From NCBI GenBank assembly GCA_048571215.1, contig CP182352.1:2752001-2816000 (forward strand): a stretch of DNA of 64,000 nt, written 5' to 3'. The translations under genes and the position numbers were made by a program. The stretch is from Halarcobacter sp. (GTDB lineage Bacteria; Campylobacterota; Campylobacteria; Campylobacterales; Arcobacteraceae). This document shows positions 50,541-61,181 of this stretch, piece after piece (position 1 is the stretch's first letter; each line of letters opens with the position of its first letter). The notes beneath the pieces are model-generated. The model searched no databases, was not told where the DNA came from, and saw only the letters and a program-made list of their open reading frames with translations.

Positions 50541-51671
50541 TTACTTGTTAATTATTTTGTCAACAGTTACAGGTTTACCAGGTTTAACTCTAAAGAAGTT
50601 GTTAACAATAACTTTATCACCACTTTGAAGTGGTCCACCAACAACAATATATTTATCACCACTTTCATTTCCAATAATAACTGGTTTTACTGCTGCTACA
50701 CCTTTGTTTTCAACAAAAACAACTGTTCCTAATGGATTTTGCAATAATGCTTTTTGAGGAATTGTAATTACATTTTTTTGAACAATTCCATTTAAAGTTA
50801 CTCTTACAAAATTTCCAGCCATCAATTGATTATTTTCATTATCAACTAAAGCCCTCATTTTCACTGTAGAAGTATCTTTATCAATATTTACATCTATAAA
50901 ATCCACATAACCCTTTGCTGATATAGGTTTATCATTTACATTTAACTTTACATCAATTTTCCCATCAGCAGGGATTGTCCATAAACCTGTTTTAATATTT
51001 TTATAATCACTTAATGGCATTGAAAAATCAATATACACTTTTTCATTTTGTGTAATTGTTACTAATTCCATTGGTGGATTTGCTGTTACAAGATCACCTA
51101 AATCAACTTTTTTCAAACCAGCGATACCAGAGATTGGCGCTTTTACCTTTGTATAGTCCAAATCAATTTGTGATTGTCTTAATTCTGCTTTTGCTAATGC
51201 TAAAGAAGCTAAAGCCTCCTCATAGGTTGATAAAGCATTATCTCTTTTTTCAGTAGTAACTGCTTTACTTTTATAAAGTTTTTTTATCCTATTCCAACTT
51301 CTAGTTGCATTATCAAGTGTTGCTTTACTCATTTGCACAGTAGCTTGTGAAGCCTCAACTTTTGCTCTGTATAAATCATCTTCTATCTTAAATAAAGAAT
51401 CACCTTTTTTTACTTTTGATCCCTCTTTAAATCTTTTTTCTTCCAATACTCCAAGAACCCTTGAATAAACTTTTACCTTATTTAATGCTTTTATTTGTCC
51501 AGGATATTTCAAATCGATTTTTAAATCTTTAGCTTCAGGTACAATATAAACATCTGCTTTTGGTGCAGGCATTTTTTTTGCTGCAGGAGCAGCATCTGCT
51601 GCTAAAAGATTTGTTGAAATTGTAGTTAAAGCTAAAGCCGATACTACTAATAGACCTTTAAATTTTTTCAT
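50541..51671 (-). CDS. RND periplasmic adaptor (MFP)
   Basis: F.EG..VKKGD.LF.I, YTKVKAPISG. Confidence 0.92.
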   Translation of the reverse strand: MKKFKGLLVVSALALTTISTNLLAADAAPAAKKMPAPKADVYIVPEAKDLKIDLKYPGQIKALNKVKVYSRVLGVLEEKRFKEGSKVKKGDSLFKIEDDLYRAKVEASQATVQMSKATLDNATRSWNRIKKLYKSKAVTTEKRDNALSTYEEALASLALAKAELRQSQIDLDYTKVKAPISGIAGLKKVDLGDLVTANPPMELVTITQNEKVYIDFSMPLSDYKNIKTGLWTIPADGKIDVKLNVNDKPISAKGYVDFIDVNIDKDTSTVKMRALVDNENNQLMAGNFVRVTLNGIVQKNVITIPQKALLQNPLGTVVFVENKGVAAVKPVIIGNESGDKYIVVGGPLQSGDKVIVNNFFRVKPGKPVTVDKIINK

Positions 51672-52903
51672 TTTACAAACTCCTCTAAATTTTCACCACT
51701 ATAGTAAATTATATTTGCTTTTTTTATTTCTAAATCATAAAGTGCAACTTTTAATACACTTTGGGCATCATACTTTTCACTTAAAGCTTCAAGATATGAT
51801 ACATTATCCACTAAACCACTTTCATATTTTGCTTTTATTGCATCATATGCACTATTTGCTGCTTTTAATCCAGCTTTTGCTGACTTAATTTTTAATTTTC
51901 CAATATCAAAAGATTCTTTAGCTAATTTTAAATCAACTGAAGCTTTATTTTTTTCATATTCATATTGAGATTTTAAAGCTAAATATTGTTTATATGCTGC
52001 TTGATACTCTCTACTTGTTGCCCCAAAATCAAATATCTTCCATGAAAGATTTACTGAAGCAATATTTTGAGTATATTCATCATCATTACTAGCAAATGTA
52101 CTTGAATTAAAATTTGCGTCATTTCTTGTATATGTATCATTTATATTAATAGTAGGAAGTGTTCCACTTTTTGTTGCTTTTGCTGTTGCTAGTAATGCTT
52201 CTAATTTATATTCTAAAGCTTTAATATCTGCTCTTAACTGTTTTTTATCTGAGCTATATTCAGATACAACAGAACCTTTTTCTATAGATACAGATTTTCC
52301 CACTACATATTCTAAGTTGTGAGTTATAGTTAAAATATTTAATTCAATCTCATGTAAATCAACTTTTGCATTTTCAACTCTTGAAATGATTTTTTGTACT
52401 TCATCTTCTGTTGTAGTACCTGCATCCAAAAACCTTTTTAGTCTCACATATTGTGATTCTAATTGTTCTATCTCTTTTAGTTTTGCTTCTTTTTGTGCTT
52501 CTAATGATAAATAGTTAAAATAATAATTAATTACTTGAAGAGCAATCTCATTTTTTTGATTTACTAGATCATTTTTACCTTGTTTAATTGATGCTTCATA
52601 AGAATCAAAAACATTGTACTTTTTCCCTCCATCATAAATTACATAATCTACACTACCTTGTACTTTATTACTACTATGGGGAACTGAGGCTGTTTCCTTA
52701 TTTGTTCTTTGATAACTTGCACCAACGCTAAATTGAGGCAAATATGAGTTTTGAACACTTTTATAAGAATCTTTTGTACTCTCAATACTAATTCTTGAAG
52801 AGTCAATCATCTTATTATTCTTAGATAATTCAATTAATTGAGTTAAACTTTCACCAAATAAGGCAAAAGGAACAATTAAAAGAATAGCCATGCTTTTTTT
52901 CAT
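51668..52903 (-). CDS. TolC-family outer membrane efflux protein
   Basis: Signal peptide, OEP repeats (YLPQF, IYDGG, IFDFG). Confidence 0.9.
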   Translation of the reverse strand: MKKSMAILLIVPFALFGESLTQLIELSKNNKMIDSSRISIESTKDSYKSVQNSYLPQFSVGASYQRTNKETASVPHSSNKVQGSVDYVIYDGGKKYNVFDSYEASIKQGKNDLVNQKNEIALQVINYYFNYLSLEAQKEAKLKEIEQLESQYVRLKRFLDAGTTTEDEVQKIISRVENAKVDLHEIELNILTITHNLEYVVGKSVSIEKGSVVSEYSSDKKQLRADIKALEYKLEALLATAKATKSGTLPTININDTYTRNDANFNSSTFASNDDEYTQNIASVNLSWKIFDFGATSREYQAAYKQYLALKSQYEYEKNKASVDLKLAKESFDIGKLKIKSAKAGLKAANSAYDAIKAKYESGLVDNVSYLEALSEKYDAQSVLKVALYDLEIKKANIIYYSGENLEEFVK

Positions 52904-52973
52904 TTTAAATCCTTATTATCTATATTATTAACTTTATAATCTTATTTTTATTATATAAAATATTATACACTAT

Positions 52974-53576
52974 TTAATTACATCTATTATTTTCTATTAA
53001 ATCAAAGATTGTATCAATATAACTATCTATCTCTTTTTTTGAGTTTGTACTAACTTTACAAGTTAATTGAGAAATAAATACTCCTGTACCTAATAAAAAA
53101 AGCCCACTTACAAGTTTTTGAGCTTCTGGTTTTAACTCTTTTTTCTCTATTCCCTCATCAAATATAGATTTGAACCATAAATAGTATTCTTCATTATGCC
53201 TAGTATGATAATCAATAATATCCTTTGTTGGTTCAGACAAAGAGATTGACAAAAACTCTTTATATAAATTTCTTAATTCATCATCTTCTTCTTCGTAAAA
53301 AATTTCTAAAAAAACTTTTACTTTTTCACGAGATGATTTTACACTATTAAGTTTTCCCTCTTTTATCATATTGTGTTTTAGTATTGATAAATTTATTATT
53401 TCAAAAACTAAATCATTTTTATTAGTAAAATAATCATAGAAACTACCTTTACTAATCCCTGCAAACTTTGCAAGTTTTGATATAGAGATTTTATTTATCC
53501 CTTCTTCAATCAAGATTTGTTTACATGAGAGTGCTATATCTTTTCTTTTTTGTATTTTATCTACTATAATTGCCAA
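52974..53576 (-). CDS. TetR/AcrR family regulator
   Basis: LAK.AGISKGSFYDYF.NK HTH; TTG start. Confidence 0.92.
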   Translation of the reverse strand: MAIIVDKIQKRKDIALSCKQILIEEGINKISISKLAKFAGISKGSFYDYFTNKNDLVFEIINLSILKHNMIKEGKLNSVKSSREKVKVFLEIFYEEEDDELRNLYKEFLSISLSEPTKDIIDYHTRHNEEYYLWFKSIFDEGIEKKELKPEAQKLVSGLFLLGTGVFISQLTCKVSTNSKKEIDSYIDTIFDLIENNRCN

Positions 53577-53593
53577 TAAAAATCCTAATTTAA

Positions 53594-53616
53594 AAATGAA
53601 CGACCGTCGGTCATTT
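53594..53616. promoter_or_regulatory. Putative TetR operator
   Basis: AAATGAACGACCGTCGGTCATTT, GC-rich palindrome in AT-rich DNA just upstream of tetR. Confidence 0.7.
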
Positions 53617-53717
53617 ATTTGAAATAATACTAAAATAATATTAACAGTAGCTTAATAAAAAAATTGTTTCTAACATATTACAGTGATTTAATATAAAAAA
53701 ATTGTATAAATTAAGAG

Positions 53718-53792
53718 TGGATGGGGTAGCAGGATTCGAACCTGCGAATGACGATACCAAAAACCGTTGCCTTACCACTTGGCGATACCCCA
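53718..53792 (-). tRNA. tRNA-Gln(TTG)
   Basis: TGGGGTATCGCCAAGTGGTAAGGC..TTTTGGT..GTTCGAATC..CCA. Confidence 0.95.
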
Positions 53793-53831
53793 GATTATTA
53801 ATTGAAAATAAGTTTTAAATTTAAAAAATAG

Positions 53832-53908
<77 letters not shown>

Positions 53909-54094
53909 ATTTATAATTAAAGATTTAGTTTTAAATCTTTAGAGGTGAAAATTATAGACAATTTTTTCTTATATTTCCCTAAATATTTATTAAAATAGAT
54001 AAAGTGATATTCTTAATTTTTATTTTGTTAAATTTTACAAGAAGATAAAGATAACAAGAATTTCAAAATGAAATTTTCTTGTATCAGTATTAGG

Positions 54095-54250
54095 TTATTT
54101 ACAGTTAATGTGAGTTTTTAAAGCATTTAATACTTTAGAAGATATTGTGATACCTGCTTTGCTACATGCATCAAATATGTTTTCATTGTTTTGAATAAGT
54201 CTAATAAAAACTTTTTCTTTTTCTGTTAATTTTATATCAGTTATTGACAT
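54095..54250 (-). CDS. 51-aa small protein, HTH-like (not in ORF track)
   Basis: AAGGA SD; MSITDIKLTEKEKVFIRLIQNNENIFDACSKAGITISSKVLNALKTHINCK*. Confidence 0.6.
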   Translation of the reverse strand: MSITDIKLTEKEKVFIRLIQNNENIFDACSKAGITISSKVLNALKTHINCK

Positions 54251-54323
54251 GTTTTTCCTTTCAATTTTTGGGATTTACTATTGATAGTTTAAAGAAGTTT
54301 GTTAAATTCTTAATATTAGTAAT

Positions 54324-54400
<77 letters not shown>

Positions 54401-54480
54401 TCCTGTTTAATTAGTACTGCTTTAACAGTAAAAATAGTTTAATTGATTTCTAAGTCTGAAAGAACTTCAATTTTTAAAAG

Positions 54481-54565
54481 TGGTGCGGATGAGAGGACTC
54501 GAACCTCCACACCGTGAGGCACCAGATCCTAAGTCTGGCGTGTCTACCAATTTCACCACATCCGC
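54481..54565 (-). tRNA. tRNA-Leu(TAG)
   Basis: CCAGA-CTTAGGA-TCTGG, long variable arm, CCA. Confidence 0.95.
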
Positions 54566-54632
54566 ATATAAGCGTCTTAAAAAAGACAAAAAAAAAGATT
54601 TAGTTGATTGGCCAACTAAAATCTTAAATAAA

Positions 54633-54709
<77 letters not shown>

Positions 54710-54721
54710 AATTATAAAAAA

Positions 54722-54799
54722 TGGGGTAAGTAATGGGATTCGAACCCACGGCCCTCTGAACCACAACCAGATGCTCTAACCAACTGAGCTATACCTACC
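54722..54799 (-). tRNA. tRNA-His(GTG)
   Basis: TTGTGGT loop, encoded G-1, CCA. Confidence 0.95.
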
Positions 54800-54809
54800 A
54801 TATAAAAAA

Positions 54810-54887
54810 TGGTCGGGGCGAGAGGATTCGAACCTCCGGCCCCCTGGTCCCAAACCAGGTGCGCTAACCAGACTGCGCTACGCCCCG
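54810..54887 (-). tRNA. tRNA-Pro(TGG)
   Basis: CGGGGCGTAGCGCAG..TTTGGGA..CCA. Confidence 0.95.
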
Positions 54888-54919
54888 AAACAGTCACTTC
54901 TTTTCAAAAAGTGGACGGA

Positions 54920-54948
54920 ATTATACTATGTTTTTATACTATTGTCAA
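54920..54948 (-). promoter_or_regulatory. Consensus sigma70 promoter of the tRNA array
   Basis: TTGACA-17 nt-TATAAT on the minus strand. Confidence 0.85.
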
Positions 54949-54991
54949 GAGCTTTTATATAAAAATAGAAATTTTATTTAAATTTCTATTT

Positions 54992-55771
54992 TTAAAATTG
55001 AATAAGCCCATCAACTGGCGAACTTGCAGTTGCATATGGTTTCTTAGGAATTCTTCCTGCTTTATATCCCATTCGACCAGCTATAACTGCATGTTTCATA
55101 GCTTCTGCCATCATAATTGGATCTTGTGCTTGAGCAATTGCAGTATTTGTAAGAACTGCTTCCGCTCCAAGTTCCATAGCAATAGCAGCATCACTTGCAC
55201 ATCCAACTCCTGCATCAACAATAACAGGAACCGATACTGCATCTTTTATAAATGCTACATTATATCTGTTTTGAATACCTAAACCACTTCCAATAGGTGC
55301 AGCAAGTGGCATAATCGCATCAGCTCCTGCATCTTCTAATCTTTTTGCAATAATTGGGTCATCATTTGTATATGCCATAATTGTGAAACCCTCTTTTTTT
55401 AGAATTTCACAAGCTTTAATAGTCTCAATAACATCAGGATATAAAGTTTTTTGAGCATCCCCAATAACTTCTAATTTAATTAAATCTATTCCAGTAGCTT
55501 CTCTCATAAGTCTAAAAGTAGTAATAGCTTCCTCTGCTGTAAAACACCCTGCACTATTTGGTAAAAGTTTTACATTTGTATCTTTAAAATAATCTAATAA
55601 ATTCTCTTCATTTGGATTTGTAATATTAACTCTTCTAATTGCAACAGTGATTAGCTCACTTCCACTTACTAGTGTTGCATCTTTTGTAGTTTGAAAATCT
55701 TTATATTTTCCAGAACCAACTATTAGTCGACTGTTAAACTCATATTTCCCAATTTTTAGAGTATCACTCAT
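54992..55771 (-). CDS. thiG: Thiazole synthase
   Basis: [35 protein letters not shown]. Confidence 0.96.
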   Translation of the reverse strand: MSDTLKIGKYEFNSRLIVGSGKYKDFQTTKDATLVSGSELITVAIRRVNITNPNEENLLDYFKDTNVKLLPNSAGCFTAEEAITTFRLMREATGIDLIKLEVIGDAQKTLYPDVIETIKACEILKKEGFTIMAYTNDDPIIAKRLEDAGADAIMPLAAPIGSGLGIQNRYNVAFIKDAVSVPVIVDAGVGCASDAAIAMELGAEAVLTNTAIAQAQDPIMMAEAMKHAVIAGRMGYKAGRIPKKPYATASSPVDGLIQF

Positions 55772-56079
55772 TTTATATTTTCTCCCATAAATTTTTTATA
55801 ATCATTACTTACATTTTTAATATCAATAGATATAATTTCCGGAACATCATAGCTATGTAATTCTTTAATTTTGCTTTTGATTTTTTTGAAATTTTCTTTT
55901 TTTGTTTTAATGCTAAGTAACACCTCATTATCTTCACAAAACTTCTCATCCCATTCATAAAAAGATAAGATTTTACTCATTTGAACACAAGCTGCAAGTT
56001 TTTTTTCAATAAGAGTTTTAGCTATCTTCTTAGCTTCCTGTTTATTGGCGCATGTTGTTTGTATAACTATTGGCTTCAT
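55768..56079 (-). CDS. cutA: Divalent cation tolerance protein
   Basis: [16 protein letters not shown]. Confidence 0.93.
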   Translation of the reverse strand: MKPIVIQTTCANKQEAKKIAKTLIEKKLAACVQMSKILSFYEWDEKFCEDNEVLLSIKTKKENFKKIKSKIKELHSYDVPEIISIDIKNVSNDYKKFMGENIK

Positions 56080-57476
56080 AACTTCTTAACCTCCTCTACT
56101 AAATCAGAAGGGATTAAAGAGTAATTGTTTTTTTTATAATTATTAGCAGCAAGAGTATGGGCTAGACTAGCACTTATTGCCGCATCTAAAGGTTTATACC
56201 CTTGGGCTAATAAAGATGCCACTAGACCACTTAAAACATCTCCACTGCCACCTTTGCTTAAAACTGCTGTTCCAAAACTATTTATAAAAATCTTTGCACC
56301 TTTTCCTATTAAAACATTTGCACCTTTTAATAATAAAACCACATTTGGATATTTTTGACAAAACTGTTTTACATAAAGGAATCTATTGTTTTGTAGCTCT
56401 TGTACACTAATTTGTGCTATATCACAAAGATTTAAAAGAGCACAAAATTCTTTTGGGTGAGGAGTTAAAACAACCTGCTTATCTAAAGCTTCTAAAACAA
56501 TATCTTCATAAAATAAATCTGCGTCAATTATTTTTGGTATATCATTTGCCAATATCTCTGAGATTTCATCTTTTTCATATTTTCCAAGTCCCATCCCAAT
56601 AGCTATTGCAGTACAATTATCTGATATATTGTGAGTATGCATAATATGGTAAGGTAAATCAACACACTCATGGCAAATTACACTTACAAGTCCTGCCCCA
56701 AAACCAAAAGCAGCCTTGGCTGCTATTACCCCAGCACCTTTTTTACATCCAATTACCACATTTAGATGTCCAAAACTTCCCTTGTGTGCATTTTTTTTAT
56801 CCCTTAAAGGTAGTTTCATATCTTCTTTATCTAATAAAAATATATTTGATGATATTTCATAAACTTCCCTTTGTACTCCAAGATTTGCTAATATTATCTC
56901 TCCTACAAAATCTTTTGCTATATCTGTATAGAGTGAGGTTTTTAAAGCACCCATTGTTATAGTTGTATCAGCAATAAAAGCGGTAGTTGTAATTTGACCT
57001 TCTGTATTTACACCACTTGGTATATCACAGGCTATTTTATAAGCATCTATCTCATTTAGTCTATTTATTAAATATTGCGTTAACTCATCTAAATCTTTAT
57101 TTAATCCACTTCCAAAAAGGCAATCAACAACTAAACTACAACTATCAAACTCATCTTTTTCAAAAGAATCACTCTCTTCAAGTCCAATTAACCTTGCTCT
57201 TTTTAGTTGTAGTTGTGCCATTGGGGATTTAACTTCATTTGGTATAAAAAGTTTTACATCATATTGTGGGAAAAGTAGTCTTGCTAAGGTTATACCATCA
57301 GCTCCATTGTTACCAACACCACAAGCTATCAATATAGAGCTTCCTTTATCAAAATTCTTTTCAATAAAATTTGCCATCTCAAAACTTGCGTGTTCCATTA
57401 GAAGATCTTCACTTAATTCAAACTTCTCATAACACCTTTTATCTAAAGAGTTAACTTCATAAAAAACTTTTTGCAT
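56076..57476 (-). CDS. nnr: Bifunctional NAD(P)HX epimerase/dehydratase
   Basis: LMEHA, GNNGADG, HKG..G, TPHPKEF, GGSGDVLSG. Confidence 0.93.
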   Translation of the reverse strand: MQKVFYEVNSLDKRCYEKFELSEDLLMEHASFEMANFIEKNFDKGSSILIACGVGNNGADGITLARLLFPQYDVKLFIPNEVKSPMAQLQLKRARLIGLEESDSFEKDEFDSCSLVVDCLFGSGLNKDLDELTQYLINRLNEIDAYKIACDIPSGVNTEGQITTTAFIADTTITMGALKTSLYTDIAKDFVGEIILANLGVQREVYEISSNIFLLDKEDMKLPLRDKKNAHKGSFGHLNVVIGCKKGAGVIAAKAAFGFGAGLVSVICHECVDLPYHIMHTHNISDNCTAIAIGMGLGKYEKDEISEILANDIPKIIDADLFYEDIVLEALDKQVVLTPHPKEFCALLNLCDIAQISVQELQNNRFLYVKQFCQKYPNVVLLLKGANVLIGKGAKIFINSFGTAVLSKGGSGDVLSGLVASLLAQGYKPLDAAISASLAHTLAANNYKKNNYSLIPSDLVEEVKKL

Positions 57477-57487
57477 CTGACAAACTC

Positions 57488-57814
57488 CTATTTTTTAAAC
57501 TTCCAAGCCTCTTTTTGTAAAATCTCTTTTATTTTATCTTTTACATCACCTTGTAATTCTATCCACTCTTCTTTTATGGCACCACCACAAGCTAATTTTT
57601 TCTTTAGTAGTTTAAGTATATCTTTTTTATCATTATCATTTAGATAAAATCTTCCAACTAAAGTGACAGGTTTACCTTTTCTTTTTTCATAAGTAAATAC
57701 AAGTTGGTGTTGCTCTTTTGGTTTTATCTCAGTGTTTGTTTTTTTATTTTTTTTATCCTCTTTTGAGGTATCAAAATTATCTCCATCAAGTTTTGCACCC
57801 ATTTCAAATATCAT
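57488..57814 (-). CDS. yciH: SUI1/YciH family protein
   Basis: RKGK.VT, LACGG, IELQGD. Confidence 0.85.
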   Translation of the reverse strand: MIFEMGAKLDGDNFDTSKEDKKNKKTNTEIKPKEQHQLVFTYEKRKGKPVTLVGRFYLNDNDKKDILKLLKKKLACGGAIKEEWIELQGDVKDKIKEILQKEAWKFKK

Positions 57815-57854
57815 AAAAACTCCTTTTATCCTTATAACAAACCCTAAAGGTGTA

Positions 57855-58850
57855 TTAAAATGCCTTTATTCTTGTTTGTATATCTATTTTATCTATTGTT
57901 ATAAAATCTTTTTGTTTGTATTGTTCTACTGCAACTCTTCCAATCATCGCTGCGTTATCACTACAATATTTTAATTGGCTTAGATATAATTTAATATTGT
58001 TTTTATTACACAACTCTTCTAAGGCAGTTCTTAACCTAATATTTGCACTTGCTCCACCAACTATTGCAAAGTTTTTAGGTACCTTTTTTTTGAATAGTTT
58101 TTTTATCTTTTGCATTATATGAGCTACTGCAGTTTTCTCAAAAGACGCACACACATCACATATATCCTCTTGTGTTAGTCCATCTTTTTCTAACTTTTCT
58201 ATTTGCATTCTAACTGCATTTTTAAGTCCAGAATAACTAAACTCTATATTTGGACTCTGTCTTAAAGGAATTGGAAAATCAAACCTATTTTCATCCCCTT
58301 TTAATGCTTTTTCTTGAACTATTGGACCACCAGGATATCCAAGATTCATCATCTTTGAAACCTTATCAAAACTTTCTCCAAAACTATCATCTAAAGTTGT
58401 TGCTAGCAAATTCATCTCTGTTAGAGAGTTTGCTTCTATTATCTGAGTATGTCCCCCTGATACAAGTAAAATTGTCATAGGAAACAGCTGCTCCTTTTCA
58501 ATAAAAAGAGAATATATATGACCTTTTAGATGATTTACCGCAATCAAAGGTAGATTTAGGCTCAAAGATAAAGCTTTTGCCATAGTAACACCCTCCATAA
58601 GGGTAACCGAAAGTCCAGGAGAGTTTGTAACAGCTATTGCTTTTAATTTAGGAAAATACTCTTCACACTCTTGTAATATTTTAGGTAAGGCTTCCACATG
58701 AAGTCTTGCAGCAAGTTCAGGAACCACTCCCCCATAAACACTATGTTGAAGCTCCTGAGATATTTTTTTATGATAAATTAATTTCTTGCTTTTTATTTCA
58801 GTTATTGCAATTGAACTATCATCACAACTACTCTCAATACTTAATATCAT
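57855..58850 (-). CDS. tsaD: tRNA threonylcarbamoyltransferase
   Basis: [32 protein letters not shown]. Confidence 0.96.
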   Translation of the reverse strand: MILSIESSCDDSSIAITEIKSKKLIYHKKISQELQHSVYGGVVPELAARLHVEALPKILQECEEYFPKLKAIAVTNSPGLSVTLMEGVTMAKALSLSLNLPLIAVNHLKGHIYSLFIEKEQLFPMTILLVSGGHTQIIEANSLTEMNLLATTLDDSFGESFDKVSKMMNLGYPGGPIVQEKALKGDENRFDFPIPLRQSPNIEFSYSGLKNAVRMQIEKLEKDGLTQEDICDVCASFEKTAVAHIMQKIKKLFKKKVPKNFAIVGGASANIRLRTALEELCNKNNIKLYLSQLKYCSDNAAMIGRVAVEQYKQKDFITIDKIDIQTRIKAF

Positions 58851-59408
58851 CTATTGATTTTCCTCACACTCTTCTTCTTTGTTTATCCAATCTAAGGAAC
58901 AATCAAGTTTACCATAGCCTGAGGATGCATTTATATGCCCTGCTTCTTCTAAAAGTTTCATACCAATATTTAATTTACTTTGTAATCTAATTGCTTCTTC
59001 TACATTCATATAAGGATCGTTTGTTGAAGCTGCCATAATTATCTCTTTGGATTTTAAATCTTTTGGAAGAGGATAAGGGAAGAACTCTTTTATTTCTTCA
59101 ATTTTACAATCCATTCTAACTGGAGCAACTAACATGAGTTTATCTAATTTAATATCTATCTCTTCACATATATGAAACCATAAAATATTTGCCAAAGAGT
59201 GACAAACTATAACTGTTGGTTTAAAATGTTCAATCTCTTTTTTTACAAAAGTTTTCCACTCATCTAAATCTGGATTATCTCTATTAGGAAGAGAAGGGAA
59301 AGAAACTACACTATTTTGTTTTATCAAATCCCTTGCTAAATGTGCTTGCCAATGGGGATAGTCACTCCCACCTAATCCATGTAGTATTAAAACTCTCTTT
59401 TCTCTCAT
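58851..59408 (-). CDS. RBBP9/YdeN alpha/beta hydrolase
   Basis: HG.GGS...HWQ, HSL, STNDPY, AGHIN. Confidence 0.88.
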   Translation of the reverse strand: MREKRVLILHGLGGSDYPHWQAHLARDLIKQNSVVSFPSLPNRDNPDLDEWKTFVKKEIEHFKPTVIVCHSLANILWFHICEEIDIKLDKLMLVAPVRMDCKIEEIKEFFPYPLPKDLKSKEIIMAASTNDPYMNVEEAIRLQSKLNIGMKLLEEAGHINASSGYGKLDCSLDWINKEEECEENQ

Positions 59409-59843
59409 CTACTTCATACTCCTTACACATCTAAATAGTTTGTTTTTATGTCTGCTATCATAATATGGTGTACCACTTACAAAATACATATAATCAGCAT
59501 AAAACCAAAAAGTTCTCCAGTGTGCTTTGCTAGCCCAATACCCATCTGGAAGATTAAATCTAAAGGCTTTATTTATATAGTTTATCTCATTTTTTTTATC
59601 AACAATCAAAGCATACTCTTCTATATCAGGAAGTCTCCAATTTGAATAACCAGCATGGGATAGCTCTTTACAATACTCTGTTGCTTTTTCATGGCTTAGT
59701 CTTAGTTTTAAATTTGTTACATCATCAACCCACATAAGATTATTTTTATTATCTATTACAACTTTTAGATTTGCATCTCTTCTTAGGTTTGATGAAAATA
59801 AAAAACTTACAAATATAATACTTAGGAATAAATATCGCATCAT
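59409..59843 (-). CDS. DUF1566 domain exported protein
   Basis: LMW, YC..L..GYSNWRLP..E, RCVR. Confidence 0.85.
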   Translation of the reverse strand: MMRYLFLSIIFVSFLFSSNLRRDANLKVVIDNKNNLMWVDDVTNLKLRLSHEKATEYCKELSHAGYSNWRLPDIEEYALIVDKKNEINYINKAFRFNLPDGYWASKAHWRTFWFYADYMYFVSGTPYYDSRHKNKLFRCVRSMK

Positions 59844-60124
59844 TTATCCTTTATGTCGAATTTTCCTCTTTGTAAACTATTTTTTACACTCTGTTTATCT
59901 TCTAATATCTCTACTGTTATATTATACTCTTCTTTAAAAACTAATCCAACTAATTGCTTATAATTTTTATCATTTTTTTCATTATGTGTAGAGTTGTCTT
60001 TCCAATGTTCAAACTTTTTTTCATATAACTCTATTATATTTTTTTCAAATTTATTTCTTGTATAAATTAAATATATAACTAAAAATAAAAGTATCAAAAA
60101 AGGGATAAGAATATCAAGACTCAC
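59840..60124 (-). CDS. Hypothetical membrane-anchored protein
   Basis: N-terminal TM helix; overlaps both neighbours. Confidence 0.75.
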   Translation of the reverse strand: MSLDILIPFLILLFLVIYLIYTRNKFEKNIIELYEKKFEHWKDNSTHNEKNDKNYKQLVGLVFKEEYNITVEILEDKQSVKNSLQRGKFDIKDK

Positions 60125-61181
60125 AATAAGCCCTCACTTCTTTATCTATTTCAAAAATATCTTCAATATTTTTTGCACTTGTATTATGAAATCTATTTAA
60201 AGCATCCATTGTGATTTTTGATATATCCAAAAATCCAATTTTTGAATTTAAAAACTTCTCAACAGCAACTTCATTTGCTGCATTTAAGACAACTCCCAAA
60301 TCAAGATTATTTAAAATCTCATCTTTTATTTCCCAAATTGGATATCGTGAGGTTTCAATTTTTCTAAACTCTAAACTTCCCGTTTCCAATAGATTTACAG
60401 GCTTTAAAATCTCCTCATCACATTTTCCTAAAATCGCATAAGCAATAGGTAATTGCATAGAAGCATTTGCAATATGTGCTGTTGTACTCCCATCAGTAAA
60501 ATTTATCAAAGCATGGATTAGGGATTTTGTTTCTATTATTGCATCAAGTTTTTTAATATCAAACAACCATGCAGCCTCTACTAATTCAAACATCTTATTT
60601 GTCATAGTTGCACTATCTATTGTAATTTTATTTCCCATAGACCAATTAGGATGGTTTAAAGCCTCTTTGATAGATACATTTTTTAACTGCCCCATTGGAT
60701 AATCTCTAAAGGAACCTCCACTTGCTGTTATTGTCATAGAATCTATTTTTTTATCTTGGAGTAGATACCATAATCCAAAGTGCTCACTATCTATTGGACT
60801 AAGTTTAGACTGGTCTAAAAATTTTCCTGCAACCACAAGGGACTCTTTATTTGCTAGGGCAATTTTTTTCCCACACTCTATAGCTTTTAAAGTTGGTTTT
60901 AAACCTAAAAATCCAACTAAAGAATTCACTACAGTTTTTGAATCTGATTGTTCAATCGCTTCTAAGATTGCTTCTTCTCCAAAACTTACATTTGAGTGAT
61001 TTGTTTTATTTATATCTTCACTATTTGCTATAACCACTTTTTTTGGATGGAATTCATTTATTTGTTCATTTAAAAGCTTAATATTTCTACCTGCTACTAA
61101 GACCTCAACATTTAAATTAAATTTTCTTGCAATATTTAGAGTATTTACCCCAATAGAACCTGTACTACCTAATACTATCAC
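60114..61181 (-). CDS. dxr: 1-deoxy-D-xylulose 5-phosphate reductoisomerase
   Basis: LGSTGSIG, ANKES, DSEH, HPNWSMG.KIT. Confidence 0.96.
   Translation of the reverse strand: MIVLGSTGSIGVNTLNIARKFNLNVEVLVAGRNIKLLNEQINEFHPKKVVIANSEDINKTNHSNVSFGEEAILEAIEQSDSKTVVNSLVGFLGLKPTLKAIECGKKIALANKESLVVAGKFLDQSKLSPIDSEHFGLWYLLQDKKIDSMTITASGGSFRDYPMGQLKNVSIKEALNHPNWSMGNKITIDSATMTNKMFELVEAAWLFDIKKLDAIIETKSLIHALINFTDGSTTAHIANASMQLPIAYAILGKCDEEILKPVNLLETGSLEFRKIETSRYPIWEIKDEILNNLDLGVVLNAANEVAVEKFLNSKIGFLDISKITMDALNRFHNTSAKNIEDIFEIDKEVRAYCES

Noticed and set aside
54712..55282. Track ORFs 54712..54897 and 54809..55282
   Set aside because: They overlap tRNA-His/tRNA-Pro and the antisense strand of thiG; shadow frames
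57488..57814. Link between SUI1/YciH and the ATA starts
   Set aside because: YciH is widespread and nothing in the sequence connects it to those genes
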